NCBI GenBank assembly: GCA_032718475.1
Contig: JAUCBJ010006248.1
Location: 8,759 to 72,758, forward strand
DNA: 64,000 nucleotides
Source: Nemertoderma westbladi
Taxonomy: Eukaryota; Animalia; Xenacoelomorpha
Direction of reading: 5' to 3'
The notes beneath the pieces were generated by a model. That model was not told where the DNA came from. It did no database searches and saw only the letters and a program-made list of their open reading frames with translations. Both the position numbers and the translations under genes were made by a program. Shown piece by piece: positions 38,901-50,900 of this stretch (its first letter is position 1; every line of letters begins with the position of its first letter).

Positions 38901-41900
38901 ATCCCATAGAATCACTCTTTGCAATTCTATTGGGTGACTAGGGATTATCACTGGGAACCTAAACTGTGAGTTTATGTCGACAGTCTTGATTCTCGATCTA
39001 TGACAAATAAAACCCTTATGGATTAATGGGCTCCATTTTCTAAGGGGTTTATAGAGAACTGGTCATTGAGCCGATAATAGATAGAATTCTTTCGGGAAGG
39101 CACACATTTGATAATGCTTCAAATGTTTTAATTCCGCTTGATCAATCTCATCCTCGGTCAGAGGTTGTTTCAATTTCTGAATTCGCTCACTATTAGTGCT
39201 CGTTTGTTCTCCTAAATGTTTCGAATGTTTTAAACAAAGGTACGAAACGTATCGGCTTAACCACGCAGTTCTTTTACAAATTGTCAGCCAAGAGGCGGAC
39301 GAATTTAGTAATTTGTCATAAATACTACATGGCTCTAATGCCAGCGATGGTTGCCCGCTAGCTAATGGAAGTTTCGAATCCAAACCCGCAGGCTTGGAGA
39401 CTGAAGGCTCCATCTTTTCGGTCATTTTCTGTCCGTCACTTACCAATTGTGACCCTTGTGTAGTCTGTAAGGGTAGTTTTATGTCATGACTTACCCTTCC
39501 GGACCTAGTAGTCACGTAAGTCTCTAGGTCTGACAGGTCTCCGGGCCGCTCCAATGACTCTTCAGGCCGCTCCAATGACTCTTCAGGCCGCTCCAATGAC
39601 TCTAATTTGGCTTTCGACTTAGACTTGGAGACTTTCTCCACTTTGACTTCTGCATCCATTGGCATCGGATTAGTTACTATCCTCAGTCGCTCTGGCCAAT
39701 GCTCCTGTGTCCTCGTTAGAAAATCAGGTCCATGCAACCAAAACTACTGGGACTCCTCCTGACAGAATTCGGTCGGCATAGCACCTCTCGAAGTTATGTC
39801 GGCCGGGTTCAATACTCCCGGACAATGTCTCCATTGTTCCTTCGTCGAGAAGTCGACGATCTGAGCGTGTCTGTTGGCCACAAATGTCTTTAGTGCAATA
39901 TTGTCAGCTGCAATATACACTAACAATAAGGATGCATCCGTCCAATAGAATAATGTCAATGTCGTGTCTAACTCCTCTATTATCTGCTTACTTACCTCAA
40001 CTGAGACTACTGCCGCCTGCAACTCTGCACGAGGGACAGTCATGTATTTGACCGGCATTGTCTTTGATCTAGAAGTCACAAAGGCCGTCTCAAACTTGTA
40101 CTGACTTACCTCTCGGCGAAGGTAGGCTACCATACCAAAGCCGGTGTCACTTGCGTCACTGAACAAATCTCGATTTCGATGAAAGCTGTTACCAGCTCGT
40201 CGTCGGTAAGTTGTCTATTTACAGGCAATGTTTTAGCAATGGCCTGCTTTATGGAGCGAACCAAACGCTCCCAACTTCCTCCTCTCCAGGGACTTTCTGG
40301 AGTGTTAAATTTCCACTCCACTCTTTGCGGCAAAAGTGCTGCAGAGATTTCTCTATTCTGCGCCGCCCTATGAGCTGCGTTCAACTCGCTATTCCCCCCA
40401 ACAAAGTTTGTACCCTTGTCGGAGTAGAACGCCTTTACTAGTCCTCTCCTGGTCATAAATCTCTTTAAGACCAGGAGCAGAGATTTGGTCGACATGTCTG
40501 CCACACGCTCTATATATATGGCTCTACTGGCCATACATATCAGCAGCAGGCCCCATCTCTTGTGGGTCAGCCGTCCACTCTTTGCCTCAATCGGACCAAA
40601 GCAGTCCACCCCCGTATTTGTAAAGGGTGGGTCATATGCCTGCACTCTCGCTTCCGGGAGTTCAGCCATCTCCTGATCCAATACTCTGGCGTTCACCCTC
40701 TTGCAAACCAGACAGGCGTCATACATTGTACCTACTGCCCTGCTTGGCTGCAATAGAATGAATCGCTGTCTCGCTGCCGACAAACAGTGTAACTTTCCCG
40801 CGTAATGCAACCTTGTATTTATATCCCATAGAATCGCTCTTTGCAATTCTATTGGGTGACTAGGGATTATCACTGGGAACCTAAACTGTGAGTTTATGTC
40901 GACAGTTTTGATTCTCGATCTATGACAAATCAAACACTTATGGATTAATGGGCTCCATTTTCTAAGGGGTTTATAGAGAACTGGTCGTTGAGCCGATAAT
41001 AGATAGAATTCTTTCGGGAAGGCACACATTTGATAATGCTTCAAATGTTTTAATTCCGCTTGATCAATCTCATCCTCGGTCAGAGGTTGTTTCAATTTCT
41101 GAATTCGCTCACTATTAGTGCTCGTTTGTTCTCCTAAATGTTTCGAATGTTTTGAACAAAGGTACGAAATGTATTGGCTTAACCACGCAGTTCTTTTACA
41201 AATTGTCAGCCAAGAGGCGGACGAATTTAGTAATTTGTCATAAATAGTACATGGCTCTAATGCCAGCGACGGTTGCCCGCTAGCTAATGGAAGTTTCGAA
41301 TCCATTGGAGACCGAAGGCTCCATCATTTTCTGTCCGTCAGTTACCAATTGTGACCCTTGTGTAGTCTGTAAGGGTAGTTTTATGTCATAACTTACCCTT
41401 CCGGACCTAGTAGTCACGTAAGTCTCTAGGTCTGACAGGTCTCCGGGCCGCTCCAATGACTCTTCAGGCCGCTCCAATGACTCTTCAGGCCGCTCCAATG
41501 ACTCTAATTTGGCTTTCGACTTAGACTTGGAGACTTTCTCCACTTTGACTTCTGCATCCATCGGCATCGGATTAGTTACTATCTTCAGTCGCTCTGGCCA
41601 ATGCTCCAGTGTCCTCGTTAGAAAATCAGGTCCATGCAACCAAAACTCCTGGGACTCCTCCTGACAGAATTCGGTCGGCATAGCACCTCTCGAAGTTATG
41701 TCGGCCGGGTTCAATACTCCCGGACAATGTCTCCATTGTTCCTTCGTCGAGAAGTCGACGATCTGAGCGCGTCTGTTGGCCACAAATGTCTTTAGTGCAA
41801 TATTGTCAGCTGCAATATACACTAACACTAAGGATGCATCCGTCCAATAGAATAATGTCAATGTCGTGTCTAACTCCTCTATTATCTGCTTACTTACCTC

Positions 41901-44900
41901 AGCTGAGACTACTGCCGCCTGCAACTCTGCACGAGGGACAGTCATGTATTTGACCGGCATTGTCTTTGATCTAGAAGTCACAAAGGCCGTCTCAAACTTG
42001 TTCTGACTTACCTCTCGGCGAAGGTAGGCTACCATACCAAAGCCGGTGTCACTTGCGTCACTGAACAAATGCAGTTCTAAATCAGCTGGTAATACCAGCT
42101 GATTCGGAAAGTAGGAGCGGGGTACATCTATATTTTTCAATAGATGTAACTCGGCTTCCCACTCTCTCCACTGCTTTGCATGTATAGGGGATATTGGCTC
42201 GTCCCACTGTAGGTCGGACAACCAAATTTTCCTCATACATACTCGTGCCTGTAATATTACCGGGCTGATAAAAGTTCATCGGGTCGAATAGTCTACTCAT
42301 TGTGGATAAGCAGATTCTCTTAGTCAAAACTTTGTCTGGACTACTGGGCTCAAACCTAACTCTCACCTGGAACTTATCCGTGTTCGGATTCCAAGCGAGT
42401 CCCAGTACTTGCGCCATGGGGATGGGTTCTACACCCAATTCTATGTCTCCGCTCCCGCGATCTTTCACCGGGAACGACTCTAATAGGGCCTCTGAGTTGG
42501 TGGTGAACTTGGTCAATGGGAAACCTCCTGTAGCTAAGCACTCCTGTAGGCCGTGAGCCACTTCTATGGCTTGTTCCGCTGTGTCCTTGGACACCAATCC
42601 ATCGTCCATATAGAAGTTTCTCAGGATGGACTCAGTAACGTCTACCGGATACTTACCAATCTGGGCCATTGCCGTTTTCTTTAGAACAAACAGCGTGCCG
42701 TTGGGACTATCGTGGGCACCGAATATTCTGACATACATCTGGTATGTAACCACTGGGCCGGATAGGTCATCATTCTCGAACCAGAGAAATCTGAGACTAT
42801 CCTGGTCCGCCTTGCAGGCTCTTACCTGGTGAAACATCGCCTCCATGTCGCATGTAAACGCGAATCATCGCTGTCTAAAGCGTAACAGTATCCCTATCAA
42901 GTAGTTATTTAAGTTGGGACCATCCATCAACTCTGAGTTCAGGGACATACATCTATAGACTGCTGCGCAGCCATTGACTACTCGGACTTTGTCTGGTTTG
43001 TCAGGGTGAGTCACATAGTGGTGTGGGAGGTAATAAGTCTGGTCCATCACTAAGACGGGGTCCTCTACATTCCCAGCAAATCCTTTGGCAAAATAGTTGT
43101 TTATCTGGGCGCAATACTTCTCCCTAACCTCTGGATTCTTCAGCAACTGAGCCCTTATTCCGTTCAATCTTTTCAAGGCTAAGTTATAGTTGTTCTCCAA
43201 CTTAAGAGGTTGTCGACGCCACAACATTCCAACTTCAAAATGTCCTGTCGGTAGCAGACTTATGGTGTCTTCCATCATCTCCAGTGACCGTTTCTCATCA
43301 GTGGACATGGTTAGGTCATACCCACCGGGTTCCATTGCGTCCCTATCCAGCCATTTGATGGTTCTAGCTCCTGTTTCGAGGTCCTGGCGTATCAATTCCT
43401 TCTGCAACTCCTCCTCACTGTATTGGAAAATGTCGAGGTCTCGATATTTAGCCACTTGACCCTCCACTATGTCAGTATAAGTCAAAACGTTACTCAAATA
43501 GGTGACGTGGGCCGCTAAACCAGACCCACAGGTCTGATAACAGTAGTCCTCGGGTTCACTATCTGTCCGGTCGTTGTAGAGTGGTTCCGACAATCTAACA
43601 TTATTGGGAATTAACTCCTTGTCCGACTCGCTAACGTCACTATAGTGGTCAATACAGGTTCTCCTAAACTCGTCTGTCTGGTGGTTCTACTAACGCTGGT
43701 TGAGTTATTCTTTGGCTTGTCGCCACCTGAAATCTCATAAGACATGGGTACTCGTGTATACCAACCTAATATAGTCCTATAGGCATGTGGTCCATTTACA
43801 TGAGGCTCAGCTGGTCTCGTTTCCCATATTTGGTGCGCGATCAGCTGTTCTGCTCCAATTAACATAGATACATTCCTATAACCTACCTGGTGTCTCGGTA
43901 TTCTGAGCTTGTCAAAATATTCCTGTGCTATGGGACTCATTGGTGGCACCTTACCTAACTGCCTGCCGAACCCTTTCATAGCTAGACACTTAGATCCGTC
44001 TAATGGCAACGCTCTCCGTTCTTGGCAAGTGTGCTGGTCTCTCGGGAGTAGGGAGTCTAGTTCTACCGAAATCTTGTGTCCCTTGAGGTCCCCTACCCCG
44101 TGCATGGACTTTAACTCTATTTGGATTTCCTCGGCGTCCTGGAAGCTGGAAACGGCTCTCGCCACTTCCTCTTCTATATACGATAATGTGGACGCAGTAT
44201 CCAACATCACATATATTCTCTTCAATACCTTGTCTCCGGTAAGTTTCACCGGAATCACGCTGAATATTTCCGACGTGGCCGATGATAAATACGTCCGTGC
44301 GCTGGTTGATGAACTATCCGCGGTGAACCCTTGGCAGGTCACCTCTCTCGCGCTCGCCTCGCCATCCTCGTCCGACGAACCTGGTTCATACCCATCATCC
44401 TGGATGCCGGTGTACGTATTTCTCCTTATCGTTACAGGATCTCTGCTCCCCTTCCTTTGAGGATTTCTCTGTAGGCAACGGTACGTTGGTGTATGGAAAT
44501 CCGCATCTAACAACTTGTGATGTTGTCTGCCGCATTCCATGCATCCGTCCTTGCTGTTCGGGCACTGGCGCCGTACATGACCTGGCGCATGACATGTCCA
44601 ACAGGTGTCCAACGTCCGCACTTGAACTCTTCTCTGTTCCGAAGTTAATTCTTTGAACCGTCTGCAACTGTCTAACTTATGGTCATCAGATCTTACCTCT
44701 TTTAGTAAGCAGAACTGGCAACCTACAAATCCATCCGGCAACTCCTGTTGCTTTACCTTAGGTCTATCTGTCCGCTCACCTGACCATACTCGCGAGTCTG
44801 ATCTAAAGGCAGGGGTACTCGAATTGTATCTGTATACTGAGTTAAAAGTCACAGGGGTTCTGTCATCGTCAAAACTTACCATTGACTTACCGGTAACAGG

Positions 44901-47900
44901 TTTAGACTCCCTCATATTCTCCTCTGAGAAGTTTGATTTCATCTCTGCTACCGCATCTGTGGTTGGTTATCATGTCATGGATGTGTTGAAGTGTCAACAC
45001 TTTCCCTTGACTCTCTAACTTATTCTCTAATTTGCGCCATTTCTGTCGGTAACGCAGGTTTAAACGTCTTATTATGCTCTTTAAAACTTCGGCGTGATCA
45101 CCATGATAAGGTAGATTTACTGTCCTCAAGATGTCTAATGCGTTCAACAGCTCTAACGGAGTTGTAATCCTTCCGCCCTTACCCAAGTCTTCTACTATCG
45201 ACTGTGCCATCTTGGTTTTATTCCCATAGATGTCGCTAAGTGTCTTCATAGCTAATTCAAATGCTCTTTCATTGCCGACGAAGTTATCAGCAATGACTCT
45301 AGGTTCTCGATGGAGCATCTGTAGTAGATAGTTGAACTTTTCGTTGGGAGTAAAGGTGCTGTTAGTCAGCTGTTCGTCGATATAGGTTTTGAACATCCTC
45401 CAATGTTTATGGTTGCCCATAAACTTCTGGGGTTGTTGCGTCGGCAGTCCTTGCCTAGCGGCAAACTTACCTATGTCTCTAAGGGTTGCGTCGTTCTGGG
45501 TTAATAAATTATTTACTTCTGCAGGGTTATTAAGTCTGGTCTTTTTCCGGGGATTTAAACTTACCTGCTCCGCGTCGGTCCTTCTTTCCTTCCGCTTCAT
45601 TTCTTCCTCTTCATCGCTTGAGTCTGTGTCAGTCCTCAGCGCTCGCGTTGGTTTATGTGCCGAAGCCCTGTCCCAGGCCTCTTGTATAAATCTTTCCGCC
45701 GAATTTTCGAAGTTGGGATTATGGATCGTAGGGACAGGCGTTCTTACCTGAGGTCTATGTGGTATAGTTGCCTCCGATATGCATACTCGTTGACTAGGTT
45801 GGACTTTATCTAATTTAGGCCTGCTAGGATTAGAATTACTTCTTACCTGGCCTGCTTACTTTAACTGTAGGTTACTAAGCATGTCCGTTATAGGTTGGAT
45901 GTGCGGTGTTATAGCTTGCGCTAAACTAGCACTTAACTCATCCCTCGTAATAAATTCCTGGCTAGGGTTCTGCTGTATTGTCGGCTCTATCTGAGTAATC
46001 CGCTGTCTCTCATATGATCCCTCTTCCGGATTAACCCGGAAGTTCTCCGTCGAACTGGGTCGGCGATCCGTCCGCGTATTCCAAACCCGCGGGTTCGGTT
46101 CGCCCAATACTCGGCCTCTCGGAGTTTCTTCTCTAAACTCCCCATTGTCTCGATAATCTCTGTGTCGCGGTGCGCCGTCCTGATGGTGCGGATCCTGCAC
46201 GATGGGTGAAGCACTAATACCAACCGGCGTGCGATATGTAGAGAACGGTTTAGCGATCCGTGTACTCATAATAGCTGGACCAGGTATAAGAATTCTGGTC
46301 ATCGTGGACTCGCGTATAGTCGGAGTCCTCACCTCCTGTTCGGCTTTCTGCTGTGCGAACAGTTCTCGCAACTCAGTACCTACACTCGCCCCACATTCTT
46401 CGATCATTCGCACCCCCTTCTCTGCGATTTCATTCGCCTTCCTGGTCCGTTCTTCACTCTCTAGCTTTAGTCTTGCACTTTCCAATTGCGCCAGTTTGCG
46501 TTGTTCTTCTTCCCTCGCAAGTCTCGCTGCGCTCTCTTCTTCCAGTCGCGCCTTCTCTTCGTATAATGCGCATCGCTCTTTCTCGATCTCGAGTTCGCGT
46601 TCTTTGCGCTCGCGTTCAAGTTGGAGTTCGCGTTCAAGTTAGAGTTCGCGTTCTTTCTGTTCATGTTTGGCTTGAAGTTCGCGTTCCTTGCGCTCGCGTT
46701 CGGCTTGCTCATGCTTACTTATGTCCTCCAACTCGCGCAGCTTTGCGTCTAACTTACGTGTGCGCTCCCATTCCCGTTCGGCTTCCTTCCGTGCCTCCGA
46801 TGAACGCAAGACCTCTGCCTGTTGTTCGTCTAGTCGGCGTCTTCTCTCCTCCACCGAGTTGTGAGAAACAAGGGATCTAGCGCATATAACCTTCCCTCGC
46901 GCGTGACTAACCTGAGAATCGCCACTGTCTCTAGATGCGTCGTCGGGTGGTGTTAACGTCCTCTGTTGGATGTTCTCTGTCGTCGGTAGCACCTGACCCG
47001 GTACCACCACTCCATTCTGCATCAGCCAGCTGGTGACTTCCCTCTGATACTTTCGCTCTTCCTTGTCTTGGGTCTCTTCCCGCTCCACTAAGTTCCTCGA
47101 CTCTGCGTCACTCACCTGAGTCGCCTGCTCTTGTGATGCCCATAGCAACCAGTTCTCTGTCCTAACTCGTTGGAATCGCTCCGATAACGTGCGGTGTTCT
47201 AACAAAGCTGCTAAAGCCCTGTCGTAAATCCTCGTCGCCACATCGCTCGACTGAGACTCCATTGCTCTCTTCGCTAGGACTGCAAGCTCCTCCATCTGCT
47301 TGAATAACGCTGAGTTGTATCCCTTTCTAATCTCTACTAACCCTTCCCTTCCGATGTTACCAGAGTAACATCTTCCTTACCTTGTCCGTCGTCCGGGTTA
47401 TATGTCCGGCATGCGCGCGAAGTTTCTTTTTTATCGCTATGTCCAGTTGCTGTTCGCTTACCTGACTCACACTCAGTGGACTTGAGGGATTATTTCGGGA
47501 ACTACGGGTACTCCTTACAGCCGCTGGGGCCACGGCACTTGCCATACCCACAGGTCTGGAAACCGGGCTCCGGGCTCTCGATTCTGCTACACTACTCTCC
47601 CTATCACTCACTTCTGGCTGGGCTGCTATGCAATCCTTCCTTACAGTAGTGGTAGGGGATCCTAATACTATTACTACCTCATCTGGCTCATCCTCACTGG
47701 TTACTGTCTCGTCCTCCTGTTCACTTACGTCAGCGTCAATCGCTGCGTCATCATAGTCGGCATTGTCGTCAACAGTTATATTGACGCTATCGTCAGTCGG
47801 CGGTCCAGCCGCCGTCTCATAGCTGTCCTCTAGTGCCTCCTTCTCTGAGACACTCATAGTCTAAGTATATAATTTGCCTTCCGGCCAAAATCTCGCAAAA

Positions 47901-50900
47901 TTCGAGATTTATTAATTTAATCGAAAATACGATTAAATTATTCGTCAAATAATTAGTTGGTCTTAAATGTCGAAATAAATTCGCAACATAATATTGTGAA
48001 TTTAATAGGATATAGTTATAGCAAATACCGGTATAATATTTAAACAAAAATATTATTCTTTAGCTATTATATAGCATTTAAATACCGGTATGACACAAAA
48101 TAGTTTCTGAATCTAATTCAAAATATTCAAAAATGAATTAGTCACCCAAATATTTCTAATTTTATATATATAGCTCTAATCGACGTAATTTTAATTTCAA
48201 ATATTATATGTATCCACTAGCGTGTGGCTACACCTTCGGGTTGCGACACTCTCTCTCTCTCTCTAAATTAAGCGATTCAAAAAACCATGGCCGGCTAAAC
48301 CTAATTATCCTAACTAATAAATTGAGTTCAGTTTCGCAGTTAAACAATCGGTAATTTTTTACTGCTTCCACAAATACAATGGTACCAACAGAACAACTAA
48401 CCTTGTTTGCTGTGAGATTCCACGTCCGCGTCAAAAGTTTCAGGCTCTTCGCTGATTGCAAACCGAACCCGCAGGCCCACACAAACCCCAAACTCAGAAG
48501 CTCCGTCTCGCCATGTATCTCCAGATGGTATAAAGCAACTAAGCGGTTATCTAACATACCGGTACAAAAACTCTAGATTTTATTATAAAACAATTTTGAC
48601 CGAAACTGAGTTCTCACAAACCTAGCTAAAAATTTCAAAACTTACTAATTTACAGTCTGCCCTAACGGCCTAATGAACTGCTGTATTTGCAATTAGTAAA
48701 CGCACTACTGTATATCTCACTGTACGCAGTACAGCAAGTAAAACAGTACACTAACCTAACAGCCTAAGTGAACACTGTATGCCTTACTGTACATAGTACA
48801 GCAAAACAAAATAAAACGTGTTTTACTGTTACGAAGTAACAGTAAATAAAAACAGTACACTAACCTAACAGCCTAATGTACTACTGTATTGCGATTAGTG
48901 AACACTCTTTACTGTTGCAAGCAACAGCAAATATCACGTGTTTTACTGTTAAACAAGCAAATACCTGGTTCTTACTGTTAAACAGGGGCGATCAGGAGCA
49001 CGTTATTACTGCCGCACTGCTGCTAAACACAAAACTGCTTCTCACTGCTGGATGGCGCTAACCTGGCCATCCGCTAATATATTTTACTAATTTTATATGG
49101 CTCCTGCAAATCGCTTGTTCCTTTCTCTGTTGATTGCTCAACAGAGAGCTAACTGTTCGAATCTATGAGCCACGCAGGAATAACCAAAACAATAAACCCG
49201 AATCGACTCCCTAAGCTACTTAAAACGAGTGCGGGTGGCCTAGCACTCGGAATTCACTTATCGCAAAATACTGGAATTCACTGGCAGAATCGTTGAATGT
49301 GAGAATGTTTTAATAATCTACGGGGACAGATCTATTACTTTCTTAGGTGCCGAAACTTGGCCTTTGGCTGGTTTTTGACCAGCAAACTTACTACTGCTGT
49401 ACTGTATACTGGACACTGCTGTCAACCTGTTGCCCCGCTATTTTCAAATAACCGCCTAGCGTGAATAGTCTACAGTACTCCAAATAATTACTTTAACTAC
49501 TCTCCGCTATGCTGCGTACAAATTCTTAATTTTACACTAATTAATTACAGTCATAAATACGAAACAGCGTACTAATTACTAAGTGTTCCAGAATATGCAA
49601 TTCTAATTTATTACGTACCGGGTTACACTAGCAACAGCCTAAATACTGTATTATTTTGACCTAATCAGCAATTATTTATCGTAAACTAAGAAATAGAAAT
49701 CAATCAAAGGGAAAGGCGCCTATCTAAGCATTCACATTTAAGAATCAGGGACTCTTTAGCAACACAACACAAATAGTTCAAACTAAGTCAGTAGTACGGC
49801 AGATAGCGCTAACTACACCAATCAGGTAGTGCATTAAATACCCGTACGTTAGTACATCAGTATACCAGTATTAGTCATCCAATCAGTCAGTGTAAGAACC
49901 ACAGGTCACCCAAAGCCACACATAGGACTCCTATCTAAACCCAAATTCTGCCCCCCTAAAACTACAAAGTAGGGATGGAAATCTGGATCATCAGCCCCCT
50001 AATTCTGTAACAGTGGCTGGTCCCCGGTCCTCAACTGACTAGCCCCGACCGCAACGGTGGCCCCCCGCCAGCGTTGCCCCGCTTTGGATCCTCTGCACTC
50101 CCCTCCGTCGCTTCCCCCCAGTGCGCGCCCGCCGCACCTACCGGTACCTTAGCCCTCCATTAGAATGAATAGCTACCGTAGCGGCGCATGCAATCACAAA
50201 CAGTCTGACAGTCTAAAGAAATCCCGTGGGATTATCGCATCTTAAATCATATAGAACCATTAATCAAAAGGGTAGAAATCATAGTTCAAATTGTAATTTG
50301 CAGTAACCATCAAGATTGATTGAGAAATACAGTAAATAATAAAGCAGAAATTACAAAATTGCGAATTATTGCAAGAAACAAACATATAGGGTCAGAAACT
50401 GAGAATACAGATTGAGAGATGCACATACCGGAAATACAGCCAATTTATAGGTGATTCATAAAGGATGATGCAATAATCCTCTGATTGGTTCCCCAATCCG
50501 CGCTACCATTAGACCAACCTGGAAGCAGCTAGACCAATAAGGAAGCCGGATTGTGAACCTATTCCCCTTCAGAATCACAAATTACCCCCATATATGGTAA
50601 CATTGGCGTTACTAATTTAGCGCAAATATAATGGAAATTAAAGCAAATATACAGTTAGTCCTATTGATGCCAATAACAGCAAGCTTACATCAAGGGTTTT
50701 ATAGGAAACTTGCTACAGTAGAACTATTTATTTATATTTCATTACAAAATTACGTAGGTAGGGCTACATACTGTACAAAAATGGATAAGATTCACGAATA
50801 TGGATATTTTATTATCCTTATCTAAATATGGTTGTGCGTCATTATAGCTTATCTAAATAATTATACTGTATAACGGGCTAATAATGGTACACAGCGCCAT

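Noticed and set aside
25639-46880. Many plus-strand ORFs over elements A and B
   Set aside because: Antisense shadows of GC-rich or repetitive gag-pol, with no motifs.
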